The notes beneath the pieces were generated by a model, which worked only from the letters and a program-made list of their open reading frames with translations, was not told the DNA's origin and searched no databases. Positions 1 to 12,677 of a stretch of DNA of 64,000 nt are shown one piece after another. Position 1 is the first letter of the stretch, and the number at the start of each line of letters is the position of its first letter. Where the stretch lies: assembly GCA_001643675.2 (NCBI GenBank), contig LSRY02000023.1, positions 1,240,001-1,304,000 of the forward strand, written 5' to 3'. Position numbers and translations under genes: made by a program. This DNA comes from Monocercomonoides exilis PA203 (taxonomy: Eukaryota; Protista; Preaxostyla).

Positions 1-3000
1 AGAGGAGAAAGAGCAGATGATTTTGGAGATGCCTTGATGGCTTGCTGCGAGGCATGAAGAGAGGATGGAATAAACGAAGCCACATGATCTCCATAGCAGG
101 CAAACATTGCTGTTCTTCCAGATGTCACTCCATCGTCAAAAGTTGAAATGAAAGGCGAGTTCAAAAGAGGCACCGAAGAAGGCGAAGGTGAATGCATCGT
201 CTTCCACGGATTCAGCTGTGTCGATATTGTTGTGCAAAGTACAGTCGCTGCGTTGCGATCTTTCCTCCCGTTCCCATTCACTCCTCCGCTTTCTCCTTCT
301 CTCTCTCTTCTGCCAGCAGACCCAACTGCAATGCTCCTGTCTCCTATTCCCATTCCTCCAACATTGCTGGCGATGCTTCCAGGTCTGATTGCACTGCGCT
401 GAGCAGTCATATCCTTCGCCACATCCTTCAGCCCATCATCAGACACCACTTTCAGCCCATCTGCATCGCTTCCAACTTCTGCTGCTTCGCCTGACAGCTT
501 CTCTGCATCGCGAATGGTTGTGTGCAGAAGATGCTTCGAATCCAAAACACAAAGCGCTGCGTCGCTTTCGCCCAGAAGCTCCAACCCACTTCCGTCTCTT
601 CGAACTACAAACAAACGAGGAGACAGATATGCAGCCTCATCGCGGGTTGTGCTGCTTTCGTAATCATCCTCCTCCTCATAATCATCCTCCTCATTATCTT
701 CGGCTTCTTCCTTTTTGTTGTCTTCATCAAGTTCATCAATGCTTATCTCTTCTGCTTTCTCTTTTTCCTTCATAACTTTTGGTTTTGTTTCCTTGACTTT
801 TTCTAATGCCATCTTTTCCTTTCTCTTTTCTTCCATTTCTTTTTTAATTTCTTCTTCGGAAACGCCCAACTTTCGCAGAATTTCTGCTTCTGCTTCGAAT
901 TCATCTTTTTCTTCTCCTTTTGCGTTTGCTCCAATCTGACTATCATTCACAGCTGGAGCAGAACTGCTTTGTTGGATCATTCTAAGCTTAGCCGTTATTT
1001 TGGAGTCTGTGCCAAATATGGAAGATGGAACCTCGCCTTCATCCAAGAAAAGACGAGACGATGGATGAACAACAATCTTTTGGTAAGAAGGAATTCGTTT
1101 GACTTTCAAACTTTTAAGAGCAATTTGCATAAATGATTGATTTTCGAAGAATGAGTTGTTTTTCTGATCATGAGTGCACATTCTTTTATCAGCAGCGCCA
1201 TTGCCATTCACCACAAAGGCATCCAGATTCTCATCCTGAGAAGATAACGAAGAGTGAAATGACTGAAGAAGAGATGTGAGTTGTGTGTTTTGAGGATCAG
1301 AATCTGTCTTTGAAAGCTTCTGAAGCTTTGGAACTGCGATTGGATTTTCACAGCTGATCTTTTCGAGCAAAGAGCAAAGGCACAAACACGGCTGTGAAGT
1401 GATGGATGCCACAGACTGGCAGAGATGCCGTGTAGACAAAGCAGAAGAAGCAGAAGAAACAAATTGAGAGATTGAAGAAGAGAAAGAAGAAGAAGAAGAA
1501 GAATTGATAAGTTGCTCGCCTTTTTCCACAATGCATCTGATAAGTGTGGATAAGCGGCATGGAACGCCAATTGAAGAATATTTCTGCGAATACGAATCTG
1601 ATCGATCGCTTTCCATTTCTTTCTCTCTTTTGCTTCCATCTTCTCCTTTTCCCTCTTCTTCTCCACATTTTCTGAGCAAGTTCAGTGTGTTTGCCGAGAA
1701 CACATCTCCTTCCCTTGTCACGACGAATGTGCGCGGCTCCCAATCAGATACGAACAGAGCACCTGGAGGCAGACACATCGCATCCGACGACAGAAGCGCA
1801 GAGCGTGGAGGGAAGCAAGGCGTGTTGTGAATGCGAGAGAGAAGCGAAGAAGATGCTGAAGATGACACTGAAGACGAGTCGATGGATGAATCCGATGAAT
1901 TGCTCTGAAGTGCCTGGCGTATCAGAGGATGCTCTGTTGTAGCTGCTGCAATCTGCAGCATTGTCTCGTTTGTCATACGGCCTAGCACAAACAAATAGGA
2001 ACCCTGAAGAATGTGTGTGCCTCTCCTAAGTTCAGCTGTCTGGTTGATCGCTTTTCTCATTCTCTCCTCTTTCATCTGCTTTTGAGCAAGTGCATCTCCA
2101 GCACAAAGGGAAGAATCGTTGCTTCCTCTTCTTTCCCTCTCTTCGCTGGCATCTCTCAGCCTGTCTTTGTTGGAGATGTGGATGCCCAAAGGCGATGGTG
2201 CTGGATAAATGCGCCTTTCGTGCTCCCAATCAGCAGAAGGCAGAGCATTCGCTCCGTTTGATGAGCCATCTGCTGATGGAGATGTCAATATTGAGTCGTC
2301 TTTGTTTGCTTGGTCTCTTGCAAGTGCTGCGTAGAATGAGTCGAAGCGAACGTAAGTGCTGCTGCATTCAATCACCGAGCCGTCTTTTGTGGTTAGCTGA
2401 ATGAACGGGCCATCAGCATCGAATGTCCACATAATCTCTGTTCCGTCTGGAAGCTGCACGCGAGTGATCATCGATGCTACACAACTGACACTTTCTGTTG
2501 GAACTGAAGAAGATGAGGAAGAAGAGGAAGAGGAAGATGTGATATTCACTCTCTTTTTCTGCACAGTCGATGCAGTAGTGATGATGCGGGCGTACCTCTG
2601 GCTTTCCACAGTTGTTGTGTTGGTCTTTGCAGATGAGAAGAGGGCATTGTAAAGACGTGCTCTTCCGCGCATTTCTCGGCCAGATATTTTCTCGTTCGAG
2701 GTGAGGAGTTTTGAAGGGCAGTAAGACAAATGATCTCCTGTCAAGAACGGTGGAAGAGAAGGAGCAGCAGCAGAGGAGGAAGAGGAAGAGGAAGAAGAAG
2801 ATGATGATGACGTTGTTTGATTCAAAAAGGTGTTTGCTGAAGTCGAAGTCCTCATCAGCATGTCAGTTGCAGGTGGAACAAACGAGGCAGAAGAAGAAAG
2901 AACAGCCGGCACACCAGAAACACTTCCAATCGAAACAGGTGCAGCAATTGAAGGAGCAGCTGCTCTGTTCGGACTTGCAGGCATTGCAGAAGTGGAAGAA

Positions 3001-6000
3001 GAAGAAGAAGAAGAAGGCAACGAAGATTGCTGATTTGACTGCATTGGAGCCAGAAGTCCGCTGAATGGAGGCACACACTCTTCCTTTGGAATCTCCTCTG
3101 ACAGAATGCGAGTGCCGTCTGGAAAGAGCGAAAGAGAGAAAGGCGAATGAGCCGAACGGGACGTGACGAGCACAACGCCGACGCTGTTTGTGGAGATGTC
3201 TGCATTCAGTGAAGGGTCGTACTCGACTGTCGGATAAGACGTCTCGTGGCGGGTGACTGAAGAAGATGGCTGGAATATCTCTTGCGGAAGCACTGCTTCT
3301 GTTTCTGCCTCTAATGCTGCTGCTGCTGCTGATGATGATGTTGTTGGAACATCTGCTGTCCATTGGCATTTGGCGATCTCATTCAACGCAGCGGGACCAA
3401 GCTTGAATTTGGCTAAGAATTGCCTCATTTCATTCTTCAGTGCATTTTTGGCTAGCTTTGCCTGATTTTCTTTGCCAAGCTGTTCTTTTTCCTCTTCTGT
3501 CATCTTATTCAGCTCGCTCACATCACCAAGTTCTTCTTTCGATGCCTTTCCTTTCAATCTCTTTCCTGACGAGCCTGGTCTGCTTCCCTTTCTGTTCTTT
3601 CCTTCTGTTTCCTTCTTCTTTGTCGGCTTTGCGCTCTCTTCCTTTTCTGACACAACTGTCGCACGCGACTCTGGGCGCTGTGTTGTGCTTTGTGTGTCTG
3701 CCAGTGAATCGCCATCGGAAACGCCTTCAATTTGCTCTCCATTCACTTTTGGCTGAGATGTTGGAATGGAAACATTCAACAGCTGCTGTTTGTGCAATGC
3801 AGCTGATAGCCTCAATGAAGCGAGAGAAGAAAGATGATGTTGTGAAGCTACGTTTTGCTGGTGGGTGAAGACAGAAACGGTGGAAGATGAAGAAAAGAGA
3901 TGGCGATGCCAAAAGCAGTTTGAAAGTGAAGGCAAAGAAGACAAAACATGAGACGAAGAAAGATCAAACGCTTGTGAAGAAAGCGGAGCAAACAGAAAAG
4001 AAGGGAAAGGACAGCAGACACACCCAGCGTTGTGAAGCGGATGGGCAAAGCGTGTCTGGCTTCGGATGAGTGGAAGAAGAAGATGAGGAGAAGATGAAGA
4101 AGAATTGTGTGGAAGATTCTGTGAAAAACCATTTCTGCCTTTGAGGATGTTGCCATTGGTTCCTTTCACAGATGCAGCAGCAGAAAGAAGGATGTTCTGA
4201 GGAGTGTTGATGCTATCAGAGAACTCGATTTGAGAGGCAGATTCTGTTCTTGTGGAAGAGCTGCCAAACAAATTGGATGTTTGTTCATTGCTTTGGGAAG
4301 ATAAAGCGGGAGACAAAGAAATTGGCGAGGAAGCAAAAGAGCTTGGGGTGCCAGCAATCTGAGAAGGAGTAAGTGATGATGATGATGTCTGAGTTGGGCA
4401 ATTGCAAGAGGGAGAAGGAACAAACGTGGAACAGTCTCCATTTGCAAAGCATATCATTCCTGACTGAGTGTTGCCAAACCTCAAGATGGTTGTGGCAGAA
4501 GGTCCATATGTCAGCCGAGACTCCGAATTTATGCTGATGAGATTGTCTCTTTGCGTGTTCCCTTCTTCGATAGAAACAGTCGCTTCGGACAGAAGAGAAT
4601 TCAGAGAAGAAAGAGAAGAAGAAGAGCCATCTCCAAAAGGCGAATCATTTCCTGTGCCAGTTGCTTGCCCTGATTTCTGTGTGTTGTCTGTTCCAGCAGA
4701 TGTTCCATTGCATTCACTGCATTCGACGCTTTTCTCTCTTCCCATCTGCCCATCTTGTTTGACACTTCTGTTGTGCCTGCGTCTGTTCCTCAGCCATCGC
4801 TTCCTCCTTCCTTTTCCCTTCATCTCATCCTCAACGCTCTGCTGAACACGAAGGGGAATTCTTGTTCCTCTCTTGTCTCCTCCATTTGCTTTTCCTTCAT
4901 TCAGCAAAGAAGAAGAAGCACCAACAGAAGCAGAAGCAGAAGATGCTGAACCAACTTGCGAGTCTGCTGAAACAACACCAGCAGAACTTGAGGCAGATCC
5001 GCCCACAAACGAGCATGCTGGTCCTTCCACGTATCTCTGCAGCACTGCACCCGACTCCATGTCCACCGTCACTGCCAAGCCAGACGAGCCAATTGTGAAC
5101 GTGACGCTGGCTCCATCGCAGACAAGCACATCGCCACCGCCGTTGACTTCGCTGGCATTCTCCGCTGGGTCGTTTGCTCTGCTTTGTGTGTTGCCAGCTG
5201 CAAATGACAGGGAAGACGGCTGGGGCTTCCATGTGCACACGAACTGCTTCGACACTTCGACAGGCGGAAGACGAAGCTCAGCATAAGGAGGAACATCGTC
5301 ACCTGGCTGCTTCTTTGAGCGAGGTGCAGAGGAAGACAAAGGTTGGATGGCTGCTGTTGAGGCTGAGGGGGATTGAGATATCAATTGCTGTGATTGAGGA
5401 TTCTCAATGTTCTGCTCTGCATTCAACAGCTGTGCGTTGCGTTCGAATGAGTTGTCAGTCGATTGTGTCAGCCCAGTTGCAGTTGAAACAGCACTCATAT
5501 TTGTTCTGTCTGTGTTGAGAGCAGACAAATCAGCAGAAGAAGCAGCTGTCGCTCCAGTCACAGCAGTTTCTGTGGATGTTAACAGGATCGAAGGGACAGA
5601 AGAGGGAGATGGCTGAAGAGGAGGAGGTGAGGTGGTTTTGGAAGGCTCGTTCTGATCAGAGGCAGAAAGAGGAACTGGTATGTCTTGTTTGTCTGACTGT
5701 ATTTGATTGGCGGGAGAAGAAAGAGAAGAAGATGATGTAATTTTATTTACAGATGAAGCAGAGGCAGATGTTGGTACTGCTGTTGAAGAAGAAGAAGAAG
5801 AAGAAGATCCAACATTTTTCACTTCTGTTCTTTGTCTGTCCACATCAAATACAACTCTTCCCGTGGCATCGATGAACGGAAGCGCAACACGCAAACGAGG
5901 AACACCCAGAAAGATCGAAGGGAAACAAGACGGCACATTTGAAGGGAGGTCGAGTGAGAGTGGGATTGGAGGCTTGTTCACAGCAACAGTGCTGGAATGA

Positions 6001-7713
6001 GCACCAGAAGAGGAAGAAGAGGAAGAGGAGGAAGAAGAAGTTTGAGAAGCATTCTCAGCTGAAGCAGCTTGTGATTTCAGTGTTTGGATGTCTGGAATCT
6101 TCTGCTGGCAAACAGGATCTGTGTCGTGCACGCCAAATGTGATATCTTGCTTCTTCACGATTATTTGTGAGGTGTTGTTGAGTTTTGTGGCTGTGACGCA
6201 GCTGTGGTCAGCAGGGAAGAATGATTTGGTTGTTTCAGTCAGAGTGGAATGTGTTGATAGAAGTGAAGGAATAAAAGAAGAAGAAGAAGAAGAAGATGAT
6301 GATGATGAGGAGGAGGAGGAGAATGATGACGATGATGAAGTTGACAAGTTCTGTTGATTTGATTCTTTTGATGCAGAAGGCACAAATGGTGAGACTGAGC
6401 TTATTGCTTTCTGCACAATCAAATCCAACATTGCTTTCAACTCATTCTGAGTTGGAATTCCACTTTCATTTTTCTTCTGCTGCTCGTCTTCTCCTTCTTT
6501 TGCTCCTTCTTTCTCTTCCTTCTGCTCCTCTTCCTCCGCCTTTGACACCCTCGATGCACGAGAAGAAGGACGCATTGGAGATTTTGATGCTCTTCTTCCT
6601 GTTTTCCCTGCGCCTTTTGTGGCTGGCGGTGTTTTTGTCCGCTTTCTCGTCATTGGAGAAGACGAAAGTGTGTTTGTGGAGGAAGAACTGAGCAAAGCAG
6701 CTGAAGAATCACCAAAATATACCTCAGAAGATGAAGGTGACAAGAATTCGTTGGTTTTGTTGCTGCTGTTATTGTTTGCTTCTCCAACTGATTCTTTCTC
6801 CTTCTCCTTCTCCTTTTCCTTCATCTGCTTCTTCTTTAAAAGAGTCGCTTTTCTTTTCACGTCGTTCATCAAAGGCAAGAAGCATGCTGCCTTTTGAGAC
6901 AGAAACGAGAAAGTCAGCTGAGTTGGGAAGGAATGCCTGAACGAAGACACAAACAGCCGGCGGACGGGCAGCAGGCCAAAGGCGAGGAGAAGAGAAGAGT
7001 CAGCGTCAGAGGCGCCGACGTGGATGAGGGGAGAGGAGAGGAGAAGAGGGGTGAGCACTTGCTTAAGTGAGGAGCGGTCGTATTCTTCGGAGCAGCTGCG
7101 GATGGGAAGAGGGAGAGGGAGAGGAAGAGGAAGAGAGAGAGGGAGTGATCTGGATGAAGATTGCGAGTGGGAATGGAGGGAGGTGGAGGCATGCTGAGGT
7201 GAGGAAGAATAAGGAGAAGAGGAAGAGGCCGGAGAAATAGAAGAGTGGCGGACAGGAGAAACTGAAGGTGATGAGCTCTCATTTTGTTCTTTTTGGATTT
7301 CATTTCCTTCTTTCTCTGCGATATCATCATTCACACAAACCAAATCTGTGAATGTGAGTGTTTTGCTGCTTCTTTCCTTTCTTCCTTCTCTTTCTTCTCT
7401 TTCTTCTCTTTCTTCTCTCTTCTGGCTTCTTGAAACGCTGTCTCTTCCACTTGTTCTGTTTGAATCGCTTTCCTTTTGTGTTCTTTCTGATCTTTCAGAT
7501 CTTTCTGTTCCTTTTCTCCCCTTCGAATGAAAAGAAGAGTTTTTCTGTGTGAAATAGAACGAACTGAACAGAACGTGCCACAGAAGGCGAAGAAGTGTGA
7601 CTCTGCCAGTCTTCGCAAAATGCCTCAAAACTGTCCATTTGGAAGAGATCTCGTCAGAATCTCGGGGGTAGAATGGATAGGGAAGATCAGCAGTTGAGGA
7701 AGAGGAGGATGAA

Positions 7714-7745
<32 letters not shown>

Positions 7746-10700
7746 TGATGATGATGAATAAATAGCATCAAGAATAGGAATACGTTTCAATGCGAAGGAA
7801 GACAAGAGATCAAAAGCTCTGTTCAGAGCAAATGACACATCAGTTGCAATTGATTTATTTGAATGCGGAGAAGAGAAAGAAGAAGAAGAAGAAGAAGAAG
7901 AAGAGTTTGAAGGAAAAGAGGACAATAGCAAAGAAGAATGCGAAGGAGAAGACGAATGAAGCAGCTTGTTCTGGTTGAGAAGAAAGCTCACAATTCCTTT
8001 CTGGTCGGAGTGATGAATGAACCTCGTCTTTGGCACAATTGCTGTGTGGACAGAATTCGCCTGCTGCTCTTGTGCTTCATTCGATCCTTGTTGAATGGCT
8101 GTCTCTGATGGTATTGATGACTGAGCTATTGAAGAAGAAGAGGAGGAAGAGGAGGAGGAAGAAGAAGCATTCGTCGTGTTCTGTGCAAGTGATGATGATG
8201 AAAGCAAATGTTGTGATGGCTCAAATCCAGTTGGCAAGCTTCGTTGGGCAGATGGCGTTGAGAGTGTGCTCGTTGCATTCATCGACGAAGCATCTCTTGT
8301 TTGTGTTTTTCCTTCTTCTGACTCATTTTTCTGGCTGTTTGTGTCATTTTGTGCTGTTTTGCTTGTTTTCTTTGCGCCAAAACGGCTGAATTTCAGTCTG
8401 TCAAACACACTTTCCAGTTCTGGATCAGGTTCTGCTGCGATCACAGGCTTTTGAGGAAGAGCCGATTCTTGTATCATTGCAGAGACTGTTGAGACAGCTG
8501 GCGAGTGGATTGAAGGAGTTCCTTCAACAGAATGAGGATGAGAAGGTGTGAGTGTTTGTGTGGGGGTGGCTGAGGCAGAAGTTGAAGGAGAAGTAGAAGC
8601 TGATTTATCTGCATTCACAGGAGATGAGGCAAGAGATCCACCTTCATAGTTCGAAGGAAATGTCCTGGCTGTGACTGTTGGCGGTGTTGTGTTCTGTGCA
8701 AAGCGTGGATGGTCAAGCAGATCAGAAGGAGAAGGAGATGAGTCTATCACAAGCATGTCGATACCTTCAGCGTGTGTCGAATGGAGCTCTCGTTCTGAAC
8801 GCAGGCCATTAATTTGATTGGCATCGGGGGTGAATGAAGAAGAAGAAGAAGAGAAATTGTTATTAACATTGTTGTTAATTCCATTTTGAGTGATATTTGA
8901 CTGCACATTCAATAACTGTTGCTTTTCCTGCATTTGTCTTGTCTTCTCCTCTTTCTCTGTCTCTTCGACTGCCACGTGAAGAAGATACAGAATTGGGCTG
9001 AATGGAACAGCAGATGCAAGTGGTGAGGCTAATGGATTTGTTGTCTGTGAAAGATAACTCAGCAGAAGAGAAGAAAGAGAACGATGCTCTGCGAATTTGA
9101 TTGGTGTCGTTGAAGAAGAAAAAGAAGAAGAAGGAAGAGGAGGAGAAGGAGGAGAAGGAGAAGGAGATGACGAAGTAGTAGATGATGACAAAGGTGAAGA
9201 AAGAGGTGGAATCTGTATTGATGCCAGTGGGACTAGCGATGATGTTGGCAGCAGTTCTGACTGAGATTGCACTTCTGACAAAGGAGGAGAAGGGAAAGGA
9301 AAAGCAGAAACAGAAACAGAACTTTCAGAACATTCCTGTTTGCCCTCTTGTTTTGCGAGCATTTCAAACAGACACCGATGAATGTGGTGGTTGTTCAGTG
9401 CAGACACAACAGCCTCTGCTACAGTCAGAGCCATCGGCTGCTGCTGTGCTGAAAGAGAAGAAGGCAAAGTGGCTGAATTTGAGGGGTCGTTGATATTCTG
9501 CTCCTCTTTCAGTCTGTCTGCATTCAGAAGCGTCGGCTCTATCTCGTTTGCTTCTTTCAGCTCAGAAAAGCTGCTCGTGTTTTGCTTGTCTGCAGTCAAA
9601 ATTGGAGGAAATTGAATCGATGGCACATTCACCTGCACAACAGCTGTGTCCAGCAGAAGCCTCACAATACAGCTGGCTGTCTCTCTCTGCTTCATCGCTT
9701 CATTCAACTCAGCTCTTTCTCTTCTCAATCTCTCGTCTTCCTCTTCTGCCTCTCTTTCTGCCTCTTCTTCCTCTTCCTCCTCCTCTTTTGCTTTCTTCTC
9801 ATCTTCTCCATCCTTCCCTCGATATTTCATGTCTAATTCTGCATCAAAACCAGCTCGGCTGACAAACGATGCGTTCTTCATCAGCCGCTCGCTCTCTTCT
9901 TTCCCATCCAGTCCTGTGCTCTGCTCATACAACGACGCATTTTCAGATCTTTTCCCTTGATTTGCATCTTTTTCTTTGTCACTCTTTTTCATCTTCCCTT
10001 TCGTTGTCTTCTTTTTGTCTCCTTCGATTTCTGACGTGGCTTCCAATTCATCTGCTTTTCTCTCTGCTTCCAGCAACTTCATTTCTGCTTCTCTCTTCCT
10101 CTCCTCTCTCTTCTTCATCCTTTGTTCTCTTTCTCTTTCTGCTTTTACCTCCTCTTCCTCTTCTTCTTTGCTCTTCTTCCCCTGCTCCTTCTCTTCCACT
10201 GCATCAATTTCTAAGCATTCTCCGCTTCTTCTGCTTCTCCTCTGAACAAACTCATCAATTGCATCACACATCCCTGCAATCACAAGCGCCGTCTGCCTTT
10301 CTTTTGCCTCAGCCGCTTTTCTTTCTCGTTCCACTCTTTCTTCTTCTTCTGCTTTCCGCCTTTTCTCTTCTTCGGCGGCTGCTCTGAGCATTCTCATTTC
10401 CTCTGTCATTTCTTCCTCGTCCTCTCCATCTTGTTTTGATTCATCTCCATTTGCAGCGCCTGCTGCCTTCCCTTCTTTCTCTTTGCTTCTTGTTGATTTC
10501 TGGTTCTGTTTGTCTCCTTTCTCCTTCTCCTTCGCCTCTGCCTCTTTCTCTTTCTCTCCTTTCTTCCCTTTCGTCTGCCTTTCCGCGCTTTTCCCTCTTT
10601 TCCCTTTGGCCGACTTCTTCTCTCCTTTTTTTTTGGGACTTTCTTCTTCTTCTTCAGCGCCTTTCATCTCTTCTGCCATCCTCTCCTGAAGCTCTGCAGC

Positions 10701-12556
10701 CAGCTGCATTTCTCTTTCTCTGTCTTCTTGTGCAAACTTCTGCAAGAGACGCGTCTGCAACTTGGCTGTCTGAAATTGTTTGGAATTTTGAGAGGATTCT
10801 TGTGATTGTGTTGCATTGACAAAAAAGGAGGCGCCTTGTTGAAGAGAAAGAAGCGAGGCAAAAAGAGTGTTCTTCATAGAAGAAGAGCTGCTGTTACTTC
10901 TACAACTCCCACAAAAAGAAGAAGAAATCATTGAAATTTTTGTGATGTGCCCATTTTCATCAGATGTGTATTGCAGCAATGGAAAGCTTCTATTTAAATC
11001 AGCAGTCAAAAATGACAGATCTGCATTTGATTCAAACTTCGTCTTTTTGCTTGCTTTTTGCCCGACAGGCAGAATTGCTGAAGAAGATGTCATTGACAGA
11101 AGATTGGATGAGCTCATTGAAAGATTCGTTGAGGCTGTGGAAGCAAGCGCATCGCTGTCTTGTTGTGCTCCTTTTGCTGCGCCCTCTTCTTCTTCTTGAT
11201 CTTCTTCCTCAATCGTCACATTCGGAAGAACAATGTCAATGAATAAATCTGGTGTATATGGCCTTTTTTTGATTCTTTTATGAACAGCTTTCTCACTTGG
11301 CGATGCAAACTTGCCTGATTGTCCAGCTTCTCCTTCTTCTCCTGCTCCTCCTTCTGCCCTTTCAGCTGTTCCATTCTCTGCTTCTGCCTCTCCTTTGACT
11401 TCTTTCCCTTTCGCTCCCTTTTTTGGTTTCGTAAGAACAGTACTTCCGACTTTGGAAAGTGTTCCTTTTGATTTTTCTTTTCCTTTTTCCTCTTTCTTTT
11501 CCGGCACATTCGTCGAAGCAAGAGAAGACAAAGTAGAAGACAGCTGCAAAAATTCAGCTGTGGAGCCTTCTTTTCCAATGGCTTGATTAATGTTCGTTTC
11601 TTTGCCTTGAATTTGTTCGGCCACTTCTTCAAGAGATAAGTCGGCCAAATGGAGAAGGGATTTTTCGGTGAAGTGAAAGCCAGTGATCAAAATGAAGTGT
11701 GGTTCTGACGAGCTAACAACTCTCGACAATGATGATTTGCCTTGCACCGGTGAATCTGTTTTTTTGCTTGAGATGTCAGATGCATCAGAAGGTGAAGTGA
11801 AAGGCCAATCTTCTTTCTCAAATTTCTCAACGGTTTCCTTCGAAATACCATTTGGATCAATTTGACAAAATTGATCAAATGTCATTGGAGACATTCCAAG
11901 TGTGTCTAGGTCCTCAAGAGCATCTCCTGTACTCACAGGAGTTGAAGCTCGTTTTCCTTTCCCTTTTTTGGTGTTTTCATTTGATTTAGCTCTGCAATGA
12001 ACAAAAGACATAATAAAATTCAAATCAAACAAAAATGACAATTCAAACTGCTTGTCTTTTTCTTTTCCTTTATCTTTTTCTTTTTCTTGCGATTTTTTAT
12101 CCGTTTTTTGTGTTTGTTTAACATCAATCTCAGATGTGCTAATTGGATTGGAAATGAAATCTTAAAGCAAATTAAAATAAACAAATACAGCTTTAGCTTT
12201 CACAAAGAAACTAAATAAAATACCATCAATTTGTTTTGACAAAAGAAATGTCAATTGTTCTTCTGTCAAAGCTGATGACTCTGTAGGATTTTGTAAATAG
12301 CGAGCGACATCATTTTGAAGTGGATGACTTGCATCTTGAGAGATCTAAAATTGCATTCGAAATGAAAAGATTACAATATATGCTCATAACACTTTAATTT
12401 GAAAATTCTGATTCAAACATCAAATAAATATTTCTCAAAATCAAGCAATGATATTTTTGTAAATAGGTTACTCGATAATAGCCCAGATAATGATTGTTGA
12501 ACTCTTTGATGAGGAGAGCTAACAGAAAATATGTAAAAACGTTTATCCTCCATCAT
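1..12556 (-). CDS. SPAG17: SPAG17/PF6-like central-pair projection protein, greatly expanded by low-complexity tracts; 3' end lies beyond window start
   Basis: ATG at 12556. GT-AG introns at about 12345-12418, 12161-12223 and 11992-12048. One frame (codon starts at 2 mod 3) was open at every point sampled from 11990 to 1, and the track reports no minus ORF in that frame, consistent with no stop in the window. Motifs resembling SPAG17/PF6 blocks: PRLFVVRRDGSGLELL (~570-620), ESRLTYGPSATTILRFGNTQSGMICFANG (~4435-4525), TRVQLPDGT (~2440-2465), DSSLLLAF (~6980-7000). Confidence 0.75.
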
Positions 12557-12677
12557 AAGTCTGTGGGTTAGATCGTTTTGGTTCAATTTTTTTAATTTTT
12601 TTAAATTCAAAAATTGTTTGTATATTTGATTATTATTTTCGATTCTATCTCGTATGATTTGCCTTTTTTATTTTCAT

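Noticed and set aside
148-11878. Dozens of short ORFs on both strands in the ORF track
   Set aside because: They are antisense or off-frame shadows of the single long minus-strand frame; low-complexity repeats suppress stops.
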